In this document: one piece after another, positions 39,026 to 47,960 of the stretch
Layout: each line of letters opens with the position of its first letter
Position numbering within the stretch: position 1 is the first letter of the stretch
Assembly (NCBI GenBank): GCA_020854825.1
Contig: JAHKLY010000006.1
Span: forward strand, 16,087 to 80,086
Reading direction: 5' to 3'
Length of the DNA stretch: 64,000 nt
Source: Candidatus Micrarchaeota archaeon
Lineage (GTDB): Archaea; Micrarchaeota; Micrarchaeia; Anstonellales; JAHKLY01
The notes under the pieces: generated by a model
Seen by the model: the letters and a program-made list of their open reading frames with translations, nothing else
Database searches by the model: none
Told to the model about the DNA's origin: nothing
Translations under genes and position numbers: made by a program

Positions 39026-39430
39026 ATGGCACTTTGCGGATTTAATGAAAAAATGTTAAAAGGTTTAACTGCGTTTAATGAAGGTCTGGTAGAACACGGC
39101 CTTTTGTATAGGTCTAAGAAGAATGGGGAAACTTTAGATCAGGCTGTAAAAAGAGAATTATCTGATATGACACGTTTATTACAAGAAATAAATAGAATAG
39201 ATGATACTGAAAAAAGAATACTTGCTGAAGGATTAGTAAAATATGCAATGAGTTTTTATCTAATCATGAGAATGAAAGGTGTTGATAATATTGAATCAGA
39301 TTACAAAGAAACAATAGGAAAAATTAGTAATTATTTCTTTGAAATGGATAAGAAATATTATGATGAGTTAGAAGGAAAATCTGATGATATGAGAAAACTC
39401 ATAGAACATTTAGATAAAATAAAGATATAA
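39026..39430 (+). CDS. Hypothetical helical protein
   Basis: 134-aa ORF with a strong AGGAGGT SD, divergent from the Lrp gene. Confidence 0.8.
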   Translation: MALCGFNEKMLKGLTAFNEGLVEHGLLYRSKKNGETLDQAVKRELSDMTRLLQEINRIDDTEKRILAEGLVKYAMSFYLIMRMKGVDNIESDYKETIGKISNYFFEMDKKYYDELEGKSDDMRKLIEHLDKIKI

Positions 39431-39458
39431 TTTATTCATATCTTCTTTTCCATATTTT

Positions 39459-40682
39459 TTATAGCCTAGAATACCAAATATAAAATGGAAGTTTTATTAT
39501 TTCATCATATGAAGAAATATCTAATCCATTGTACACTACAACTTTATGAAACTTATTGTTTTCTTTTTTAAATTGTTTAAAGTCTTTATTCTTAGATCCA
39601 ATTTCTATTAAATAATTTTTCCAAATAAAATCTATTTGTCCATAATAAATATCTTCAAAATTTGATGCAAAAATATCTTCCATTAAATATCCGGAATATG
39701 TCTCTTCTGAAACTAATGATTTTTTAGCATAATACTCTCTAATTGCAGGAACTGTAAAATAATATTTCCATTGTTTTCTCCCAATAGTCTTTCCTTTTTT
39801 ATATGGATAAACCTTTTTTATTAATTCAGTCTTTTCTAATAAAGACAGCATATTACCAATAGTACTCTTTGATACTTCTAAATCCTTTGACAAATTTTCA
39901 TAATTAGTTTCAGTTGAAGCAGATAAAATAAGAATTAATCTTTCAAATTTAGACAAGTTAGAAGTTTCTATATTCTCTATTTTAGAGATATCTAAAAATA
40001 TTGCTTTATCTACTAAATCTGGTAAAGATGATTTTTCACCTTCTAAAAGATATACTAAATTATTGCGGATATATTCATTAACAATATCTAATATTTTTAT
40101 CTCTCCCAATATCTCTTTGAAATATAAATCATAATTAAATGCACTCTTCAATAAATCATTTTTTTCTATCCTAAATTGTTTAAGTTTTTTATTATATTTA
40201 ATCATCACATATTCTCTAAAACTTAAAGGTAGGATATGGATATATTTTGCTCTTCTTGCCAGTATCTCTTTTGATTTAATAAGGTTTAAAGAAGAGGAAC
40301 CAGTAATATAAAATTTCATCTTAGGATAAGAATCATAAGAAATTTTAATAATTTTTTCCCACTCTTCAATCACATTTATTTCATCGATAAATACTATTGC
40401 ATCTTTTCCAAATAAATACTCTACCCCATCTATAACTTTTTTTAAATTTAAATCTATTAATTTTAAATCTTCAGCATTCAAATAAATTCGTTTATCTTTA
40501 TTGCTTTCTAGATATTTTTGAAATAAAAGAGTAGTTTTTCCTGAACCTCTTATACCATACAATACATTTAATCTACTGGATAATTCTGGATATATGAATC
40601 TCTTTTGATAATTTTTATAGTATTGACTAGTTTTTTCGAATTTCAATTTTTCATTTTGTAATACTTTTATTATTTCTTCCAT
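39459..40682 (-). CDS. AAA+ ATPase, COG1373-like (AAA_14, wHTH, degenerate nuclease-like tail)
   Basis: GIRGSGKTT, FIDEI, ITGSSS, PLSFREY, C-terminal IDF...IEIG. Confidence 0.9.
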   Translation of the reverse strand: MEEIIKVLQNEKLKFEKTSQYYKNYQKRFIYPELSSRLNVLYGIRGSGKTTLLFQKYLESNKDKRIYLNAEDLKLIDLNLKKVIDGVEYLFGKDAIVFIDEINVIEEWEKIIKISYDSYPKMKFYITGSSSLNLIKSKEILARRAKYIHILPLSFREYVMIKYNKKLKQFRIEKNDLLKSAFNYDLYFKEILGEIKILDIVNEYIRNNLVYLLEGEKSSLPDLVDKAIFLDISKIENIETSNLSKFERLILILSASTETNYENLSKDLEVSKSTIGNMLSLLEKTELIKKVYPYKKGKTIGRKQWKYYFTVPAIREYYAKKSLVSEETYSGYLMEDIFASNFEDIYYGQIDFIWKNYLIEIGSKNKDFKQFKKENNKFHKVVVYNGLDISSYDEIIKLPFYIWYSRL

Positions 40683-40711
40683 ACATATCTATAGTTAGCA
40701 AAATTTATAAA

Positions 40712-40840
40712 CTTTTTGAAAAAACAAAAACCGTATTTTTAAACATTTGAAAAAACAAACTTGTAAAAATCTATGTTTTTTGGCTATTTTGTCTTTTTGA
40801 AAAAACAAAAACAGCATTTTTAAACATTTGAAAAAACAAA
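40712..40840. repeat. 48-bp direct repeat pair containing four TTTGAAAAAACAAA boxes
   Basis: 40712-40759 and 40793-40840 match at 46/48; boxes start at 40715, 40746, 40796 and 40827. Confidence 0.9.
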
Positions 40841-40923
40841 ATTAAAAAACATAATTAAATAGATTTGTTATAAATAACTTAAAAAACATCTTGTTTTTAT
40901 TATTTTCTCTTTTTATTATATAT

Positions 40924-41466
40924 ATGATAATATGTATAACCGGTTTTACAGCAACTGGAAAAGACACAACTGCAGATTATATTGCTAAAAAACTAAATTT
41001 ACCTAGAGTTAATTATACATTCAAAGATATGGCTAAAGAAAGGGGAATTGATTTAATAGAATTACAAAAGATAGCATCTCAGGATGATGGGGAAATAGAT
41101 AAAGAATTTGACAAAAAACAGGTTGAAGAAGCACAGAGATTAAAAAGAGAAAAAGGAGGGTGTGTAGTTTCCACTTGGATTGCACCTTGGATGATAAAAA
41201 ATGTAGATTTTAAGATTTACTTATATGCAACAGAAGAAGAAAGAATAAAAAGAGTATTAAAACGAGGAGACAGACAAACAAAAGAAGAAGCTAAAAGATA
41301 TCTGAAAGAAAAGGATTGGAATAATATTGATAGATATAAAAAATATTATGACATTGATATAAGAGATATATCTAACTTTGATTATGTTTTGGATGGTACA
41401 CACTTATCAATAGAAGAACAAAATGAAAAAGTATTAACAGAAATTAAAAAGAAATTCGATTTATAA
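40924..41466 (+). CDS. cmk: Cytidylate kinase (archaeal type)
   Basis: P-loop GFTATGKDT, FKDMAKERG, IDKEFD, RYKKYYDID..D...FD. Confidence 0.85.
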   Translation: MIICITGFTATGKDTTADYIAKKLNLPRVNYTFKDMAKERGIDLIELQKIASQDDGEIDKEFDKKQVEEAQRLKREKGGCVVSTWIAPWMIKNVDFKIYLYATEEERIKRVLKRGDRQTKEEAKRYLKEKDWNNIDRYKKYYDIDIRDISNFDYVLDGTHLSIEEQNEKVLTEIKKKFDL

Positions 41467-41517
41467 AATATGAAAAACATATTTAAATCTTAGTTTTATT
41501 AATTAAATAGTGAATCT

Positions 41518-41976
41518 ATGGAAAAAATGTTATTTTTAATATTACTAATATCCCTCAATTTCATCGTTTCGGTTGAGTTTGAACCAGAAATTAAATTAGA
41601 AATACTTCCTTATTGCTATGGAAGTAATACTTTAATAAAACTAGAAGAATCTTACTTAGACAAAGATGAAATTATTCAGTGGAAACCATATGAAAACGCA
41701 ACTGTTTTAATAAAACACTTTGGATATATAATAAATTCTGATACAACAAATTCACAAGGATACATAACATATAAATTTCCAAGTGCAAATATATATGGAA
41801 TAAATGTATTAAAGGAAAATTATCCAAGATATGAATTTACTGAAATTTTATTAAGAAACTGTTTAGTTACTCCTTATATTCCCCCCGAAAGGGAACCATA
41901 TATACACATTCCCCCTGTAGTAAACCCACCAGAAATTTTTTCTTTAAAATGGTATAGATTGTTTATGTTTTGGTAA
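41518..41976 (+). CDS. Secreted hypothetical protein with Ig-like domain
   Basis: N-terminal signal; NATVLI...TTNSQG pattern; Pro-rich tail. Confidence 0.65.
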   Translation: MEKMLFLILLISLNFIVSVEFEPEIKLEILPYCYGSNTLIKLEESYLDKDEIIQWKPYENATVLIKHFGYIINSDTTNSQGYITYKFPSANIYGINVLKENYPRYEFTEILLRNCLVTPYIPPEREPYIHIPPVVNPPEIFSLKWYRLFMFW

Positions 41977-42025
41977 TTCCCTAAGTTTAAAAAAACAACT
42001 AATCAATATAGATATGGAGATAAAT

Positions 42026-43192
42026 ATGAAAATAGCTATTATAGGAGATACACATTTTGGATATAAACGATTTCAAGAAGATAGTTTTTCTCAAGGTGCA
42101 GAATCTATTTTATCTGCATATGAAAAAGCAGAGATGATAATTTTAGCAGGAGATATATTTGATACAAAAATTCCAACTATGGAAACTATAGGAGAAACAG
42201 TCACTATTTTTGAAATTTTAAAAAATAAAGATTGGGAAGTTAAATATTCAAATGATATATCTAAAATCCCTATTGCTGCTATCCATGGAACACATGAAAG
42301 AAGAACAAAAGGAAGCTTAAATCCAATCCAACTACTTGCTAAGATGAACTATTTAATAGATGTAGATAATAACTGCTCTATCTTTGATTTAAACGAAGAA
42401 AAAGTATGTATACAAGGAATGGGAGGAGTACCTGATGAATTCGCTAAAAACACTTTAAGGGCCTTAGAATTAAAACCTAAAGAAGGAATGTTTAATATAT
42501 TGGTTTTACATCAATCTATAAAAGAATTCATGTATATAGGCGAAAAAACCTCTTCTTTGATATCTTTAAATGATCTACCCCAAGGTTTTGATTTATATAT
42601 AAATGGCCATATTCATGATTATAAAACTGGATTAGAAGGTAAATTTATTATCCCCGGGAGTACAGTAGTTACTCAATTAAAGCCAAACGAACAAGGAGAT
42701 AAAGGATATGTAATTTATGATACAAATACAAAAACACATGAATTTATCCCTATAAAAACTAGAAATTTTAAATTTAAAGAATTAACTTTTGAAGAAGCGA
42801 ATATAACAGATATAGAGAACAAATGTAGAAAAACAATAGAAGAAGCAATACAGCAATACAAAGAAAAACCAATTATTAAAATCAATTTAAAAGGAAATTT
42901 GAAAAAAGGATTAGAAACAAAAGATTTGGATTTATCTTTTCAAAAGGAATACAAAGATAAATGCTTTTTATTCATTTCAAATGAATTAAATTCTGAAAGT
43001 TTAAAACAAAAAATAGACAAAATAAGAGAAATAAGAGAAGAAAAAAAATCAATTAAAGATTTTGGCGCTTTAATATTCGGTGAAAAACTAAAAAATGCCG
43101 GAATAGAATTAAACAACCCAGGCGCTGTTTTAGATGAGCTCACAGATAAACCTGAACAGATAATAGAAAGGATAAAATCCCAAGAGGATTAA
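42026..43192 (+). CDS. mre11: Mre11-like DNA repair nuclease
   Basis: DTHFG, GDIFD, GTHE, LHQ, GHIH, PGS metallophosphoesterase motifs; alternative start at 42014. Confidence 0.88.
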   Translation: MKIAIIGDTHFGYKRFQEDSFSQGAESILSAYEKAEMIILAGDIFDTKIPTMETIGETVTIFEILKNKDWEVKYSNDISKIPIAAIHGTHERRTKGSLNPIQLLAKMNYLIDVDNNCSIFDLNEEKVCIQGMGGVPDEFAKNTLRALELKPKEGMFNILVLHQSIKEFMYIGEKTSSLISLNDLPQGFDLYINGHIHDYKTGLEGKFIIPGSTVVTQLKPNEQGDKGYVIYDTNTKTHEFIPIKTRNFKFKELTFEEANITDIENKCRKTIEEAIQQYKEKPIIKINLKGNLKKGLETKDLDLSFQKEYKDKCFLFISNELNSESLKQKIDKIREIREEKKSIKDFGALIFGEKLKNAGIELNNPGAVLDELTDKPEQIIERIKSQED

Positions 43193-43198
43193 CTACTA

Positions 43199-43618
43199 CT
43201 ATTTATTATTAATTTCAATGTGCTTTACTCCTTTTGCAGGTCCTTTTATAATAAAAATATCTGGAGCAGCACAACCAGTACAACCAGAAACTGTTCCTCT
43301 GTTTGCAGTTATAATACTCTTTTCGTTTTCTCTTAAAATTCTAATTTCATTAAAATATCCACAACAATTATTAGAAGATAAAAAAACATTTATATTATCA
43401 TACTCATCTATATAAGGATCAAAATAATTATTATAATTTGAACCTGTTGTATAAACATTAATAAATTCCCATTCACTAGACACATATGTTTCTGGACAAC
43501 CAAAACAAGCTTTTTGATAAATCAACTCTCCTTTTTCAGTATTTAAATAACTTAATATTAAGAAAAATACTGCAACTAAGATTAAAATTATAATTCCAAT
43601 AATATATTCTTTTTTCAT
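43199..43618 (-). CDS. Membrane-anchored Cys-containing hypothetical protein
   Basis: N-terminal TM; CFGC, NCCG, CTGC. Confidence 0.7.
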   Translation of the reverse strand: MKKEYIIGIIILILVAVFFLILSYLNTEKGELIYQKACFGCPETYVSSEWEFINVYTTGSNYNNYFDPYIDEYDNINVFLSSNNCCGYFNEIRILRENEKSIITANRGTVSGCTGCAAPDIFIIKGPAKGVKHIEINNK

Positions 43619-43619
43619 T

Positions 43620-44315
43620 TTATCCTCCCATAAAATAAAAGAAATAAATTAATCCTAAAATTATTAAGATTAAAATTATTCCCAACACATAATATAAACC
43701 ATATTTTTTAAAATAAAATTCCCTTTTTGTTCGCGCTCGTTTTTTCATCAAATCTTCTTCTGGCTCTATGACTTCTGTAATTTTTGTTTGAACTTCTTCT
43801 TTTTCAAATTTTTCTTGTCTATTCTCTTTTCTTTGTTCTTCTTTATTTTCCAAATCTGTAAAATCGACTGCCCCTATTACATTAAATCCATTTTCTGTTA
43901 AAGAAACAAACAGTTCAGTAGATCGAATATAATAATCTATATATGACTGGACATATAATTTTTCTAAATGGAATGCTAAATCTTCACTTCTTATATTAAT
44001 TTTTTCATTTAATTCAGTTAATTTTGATGTTCCTTTAGCTATTGCTGTTAAAATAGTACTATCTAAATTATCTAATTGCTCTTTAGATTTTTTTTCAGCA
44101 ACTTCAAGAATGTACTTTCCTTTTGATGCCAAGGATACTTTACTATTCCCTCCTATAGACTGTTCAAAATCTATTAATCCTTTAATTTTCATAGTTCCCA
44201 ATAGATTAGCGGTTTCAAAAAAAGAAGTATTAATTCTACTGCCAAATTTTTCAATATATGTATCCTCATCTATTCTATGTAAAATTGCAATATCTAAAAA
44301 TGTTAGCTCATTCAT
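43620..44315 (-). CDS. Tail-anchored tandem winged-helix protein
   Basis: Two wHTH-like repeats (LTFLDIAIL.. and LDNLDSTIL..), charged linker, C-terminal TM. Confidence 0.7.
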   Translation of the reverse strand: MNELTFLDIAILHRIDEDTYIEKFGSRINTSFFETANLLGTMKIKGLIDFEQSIGGNSKVSLASKGKYILEVAEKKSKEQLDNLDSTILTAIAKGTSKLTELNEKINIRSEDLAFHLEKLYVQSYIDYYIRSTELFVSLTENGFNVIGAVDFTDLENKEEQRKENRQEKFEKEEVQTKITEVIEPEEDLMKKRARTKREFYFKKYGLYYVLGIILILIILGLIYFFYFMGG

Positions 44316-44367
44316 AAGAAATATATATTTCAATAAGATTTTTAATACATACCTTCTAAATTGCTTT

Positions 44368-45612
44368 ATGAAATTAAAGTTTTTAGGGGGAGTTCAGGAA
44401 GTTGGTAAAAGTGCAACATTAGTTGAAACTGATATTAAAACCCTTTTAGAATATGGTTTAAAAATTAGACAAACTGAAGAAAGTAGCAGATTTCCAGAAC
44501 CCTTTGGGAATTTTCTAGATGTATTAGCTGTTGGTCACTGTCATATTGATCATTCTGGTTTTTTACCAGGAGTATTTGATATCTGTTCCCCAACGGTTTT
44601 AGGAACAAGACCAACAAAAGATTTAATTGAATTATTACTCGAAGATTCAATGAAACTAATGGAAGAAATACCCTATAGATTAACAAGTTATAAACAATTG
44701 ATGAAAAATTTTGTTACACTAGATTATGAAAAACCTTATTTTTCTGGAAAAACTTCAATAAAACTACTCGATGCAGGTCATATAACCGGTTCTGCAATGA
44801 TAGATATACGACATGAAAAAAAGAGGCTGTTGTATACTAGTGATTTCAACACTACAGATACTATGCTTCACAACGGAACTAGTGCACCAAAAACAAACGA
44901 TTATTCTGCTTTAATTTTAGAAAGTACATATTCTGAAAGAGATCATCCAAATAGAAAACAAACAGAACAAGAATTTTATAACAAAATAAAAGAAGTTTAT
45001 GAAGACAATGGACATATATTAGTACCTGCATTTGCAGTAGATAGAGCTCAAGAAATAATAAATGTTATAAGAAAATTTGATAAACATATCCCAATCTATC
45101 TAGACGGAATGTGTAATGATGCAACAGATATTATGTTTAAGCATAAAAACTTCTTAAGAGATCCAAAACAATTTAGAAAATTTATGGATTCCATAGAAAG
45201 AGTTTATGGATTTAGGCAAAGAAAAAGCGTTTTAAATGAACCTTGTGTAGTTGTTACAACTGCTGGAATGTTAACAGGTGGACCTGCAATGTATTATATA
45301 CCTAATTTAAATAAAAATTCTGTGATATTATTTACAGGCTATTGTGTTGAAGGAACAAATGGTTGGACTTTACAAAATAAAGGAACTATGATGATTGATA
45401 AAAAAGAAGTGAAAATCGAAACTCCTTATCAATATTTTGATTTTTCAGCACACGCAGGTAAAAAAGAATTAATACAATTTGCTAAAGATTTAAATCCAGA
45501 AAAAATATTTTGTGTACATGGAGAAAAATGTAATGAATTTGCAGATGAACTTACAAAAGAACATGGGTTTAAAGCAGTTGCACCAAAATTAAACGAAGAA
45601 TTTAAGGTATGA
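44368..45612 (+). CDS. beta-CASP metallo-beta-lactamase ribonuclease (aCPSF-like, no KH domains)
   Basis: LGGVQEVGKS, HCHIDH, AGHI.GS, ESTY, FSAH, VHGE; real start is ATG 44368. Confidence 0.92.
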   Translation: MKLKFLGGVQEVGKSATLVETDIKTLLEYGLKIRQTEESSRFPEPFGNFLDVLAVGHCHIDHSGFLPGVFDICSPTVLGTRPTKDLIELLLEDSMKLMEEIPYRLTSYKQLMKNFVTLDYEKPYFSGKTSIKLLDAGHITGSAMIDIRHEKKRLLYTSDFNTTDTMLHNGTSAPKTNDYSALILESTYSERDHPNRKQTEQEFYNKIKEVYEDNGHILVPAFAVDRAQEIINVIRKFDKHIPIYLDGMCNDATDIMFKHKNFLRDPKQFRKFMDSIERVYGFRQRKSVLNEPCVVVTTAGMLTGGPAMYYIPNLNKNSVILFTGYCVEGTNGWTLQNKGTMMIDKKEVKIETPYQYFDFSAHAGKKELIQFAKDLNPEKIFCVHGEKCNEFADELTKEHGFKAVAPKLNEEFKV

Positions 45613-45648
45613 AGATACATTTTTAAACACAAAAACTTAAAGTATATT

Positions 45649-46167
45649 ATGCAAAAATTGAAGAAAATATTAGAAATAGGTACTGGTTTAAGATTTCCTG
45701 TCTACGAGTGTTTAATAGAAACCAAACAAATATCTAATTCATTTTATGTTGGTATTGACATAGATCCTCAAATTTTAAAAAGAGCTAGAATTTTATTGGA
45801 TAATCCCGATAAATTCCCTAATTTTTCATTTGTGTGTGCTGATATATTAGCTCCGTATCCACCTTTTGAAGAGAATATTTTTGATATAATTCATTGTCAT
45901 ATGATAACTATAAAAAATGGTTTTGATGAAGAAAATAAATATCCTAAATTAATAAAAAAAATTTACAAATTACTTAAATATGGTGGGGAATTTTATATAT
46001 CTGCAGACCATAATATTTTTAACACCAAATCAGAAGATTACGGAGGATTAGATGATTTATTAAAAAATACTTTTTCAGAATTAAATTCTCATATGGGTGT
46101 TCCGTTTACAAATAAATTTAGTAACTGGTCTATGTTTTCTAAATACTATGCATATTGCAAAAAATAA
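45649..46167 (+). CDS. Class I SAM-dependent methyltransferase
   Basis: ILEIGTG, VGIDID, FDII, LLKYGG. Confidence 0.8.
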   Translation: MQKLKKILEIGTGLRFPVYECLIETKQISNSFYVGIDIDPQILKRARILLDNPDKFPNFSFVCADILAPYPPFEENIFDIIHCHMITIKNGFDEENKYPKLIKKIYKLLKYGGEFYISADHNIFNTKSEDYGGLDDLLKNTFSELNSHMGVPFTNKFSNWSMFSKYYAYCKK

Positions 46168-46219
46168 CTGCCAAGTATTTAAATGTTTTCTTTGTAAATA
46201 TTTTCATTGAGGAGAGCAT

Positions 46220-47932
46220 ATGATTCCAGATGTATTTTTTGAGATAACATTAATATTTGCATTAACTATATTAATTTGTGGAATAATCAAAATGTTAAAA
46301 CAACCCTTAATTATTGGATATATTATTTCTGGGATTATTGCAGGCCCATTTTTTTTAAGTTTAACAAATTCTATTGATACTTTATCTATTTTTGCAAGTA
46401 TGGGAATTGCTTTTCTTTTATTCCTAGTTGGTTTAAATTTAAATCCTAAAACAATTAAAGAAATTGGAAAAATATCAATTATTACTGGAGTAGGACAAGT
46501 ATTATTTACTTCTATACTGGGATTTATAATATGTCAATTGCTTGGTTTTTCGATAATTGAATCTGTATACATAAGTATTGCACTTACTTTTAGCAGTACT
46601 ATTATCATTATGAAACTCTTATCAGATAAAAAAGATTTAGAAACATTATATGGAAAAATCTCTATTGGATTTTTAATAGTACAAGATTTTATTGTTATAT
46701 TCATCCTTATGTTTTTAACTCAAAACCTAGAGGGCGGAAATATAGGTGAAACCATATTATACTCAATAGCAAAAGGGATAGGTATTTTCTTTGTATTGGG
46801 AGCTATCGCATGGTGGATAATACCTAAAATTACAAATTTTATTGCTAAATCACAAGAATATTTACTCTTATTTTCAATTGGTTGGTGTTTAATAATATCT
46901 AGTATTTTCCATATGTTTAACTTTTCAATTGAAGCAGGTGCTCTTATAGCAGGTATGATGCTATCTTTTTCACCATATCATTATGAAATAAGTTCACGTG
47001 TAAGACCTCTACGTGATTTTTTAATTGTATTATTTTTTATTTTATTGGGTTCACAAATGGTTTTTGGAGATATATTTAATCAAATTCCAATAATTATTAT
47101 TCTGTCTGTTTTGATATTAGTAGGTAATCCATTAATTGTTATTATACTGATGGGCTGGTTTGGGTATACAAAAAGAAATGGGTTTAAAGCAGGATTAACC
47201 GTAGCACAAATTAGTGAGTTCTCCCTCATTTTAATTACAGTAGGTATTAAACTTGAACACCTTACTATTGAAATACTTTCTTTGGTTACAATTGTAGGAA
47301 TAATTACCATAACTGGATCAACATATTTAATTTTATATTCTGATAAAATATATCCTTACTTATCTGGATTTCTGTCACTATTTGAAAGAAAAGGAAAAAA
47401 AATTGATGAACATAAGTATCAAAAAGAAAATTCATATACAATTGTATTGTTTGGGTACAATAGAATAGGTTTTGACGTCCTTAAGGCATTGAAAAAAATA
47501 AATGATAAAGTGCTCGTAGTTGATTATGACCCAAATATAATACTCCAATTATATAATGAAGGGATTGATAGTAGATATGGAGATGCAAATGATGTAGAAT
47601 TAATACAAGAACTTAATCTTCATAATTCAAAAATGGTAATATCTACAATACCAGACCTCGAAACAAATATAATTTTGTTAAGACAAATTAAATTGAAGAA
47701 AAAAAGACCTATGTTTTTATCTGTAGCCACACAGTTTGAAGATGCATTAGAACTTTATAAATCTGGCGCAGATTATGTAATTATGCCATATTTCCTAGGA
47801 GGAACAAAAGTTTCTTCAATGATTGAAAAATATAAATTTAGTACTAAAGAATTTACGAAAGAAAAAAGTGAACATATTCAATATCTTAAAAAAAGACAAA
47901 AAGAATGCAAAGATCCAGATTTAAAATATTAA
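46220..47932 (+). CDS. CPA2/Kef-type cation:proton antiporter with TrkA-N (RCK) domain
   Basis: LKQP.IIGY, FSST, QD, QISEFS; GYNRIG, YGDA. Confidence 0.93.
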   Translation: MIPDVFFEITLIFALTILICGIIKMLKQPLIIGYIISGIIAGPFFLSLTNSIDTLSIFASMGIAFLLFLVGLNLNPKTIKEIGKISIITGVGQVLFTSILGFIICQLLGFSIIESVYISIALTFSSTIIIMKLLSDKKDLETLYGKISIGFLIVQDFIVIFILMFLTQNLEGGNIGETILYSIAKGIGIFFVLGAIAWWIIPKITNFIAKSQEYLLLFSIGWCLIISSIFHMFNFSIEAGALIAGMMLSFSPYHYEISSRVRPLRDFLIVLFFILLGSQMVFGDIFNQIPIIIILSVLILVGNPLIVIILMGWFGYTKRNGFKAGLTVAQISEFSLILITVGIKLEHLTIEILSLVTIVGIITITGSTYLILYSDKIYPYLSGFLSLFERKGKKIDEHKYQKENSYTIVLFGYNRIGFDVLKALKKINDKVLVVDYDPNIILQLYNEGIDSRYGDANDVELIQELNLHNSKMVISTIPDLETNIILLRQIKLKKKRPMFLSVATQFEDALELYKSGADYVIMPYFLGGTKVSSMIEKYKFSTKEFTKEKSEHIQYLKKRQKECKDPDLKY

Positions 47933-47960
47933 ATTTTAAATTAAAGAAAAGGAATAAGAA

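Noticed and set aside
40712-40840. Repeat array as a CRISPR or replication origin
   Set aside because: The boxes are only 14 bp, the intervening sequence is itself duplicated, there are no cas or cdc6/orc1 genes, and there is no ORB-like G-string
7933-44367. Long N-terminal extensions in the ORF track (7933, 8078, 13134, 18591, 23219, 40891, 44110)
   Set aside because: They run through promoters or opposite-strand genes; downstream ATGs fit the SD/TATA spacing and family starts
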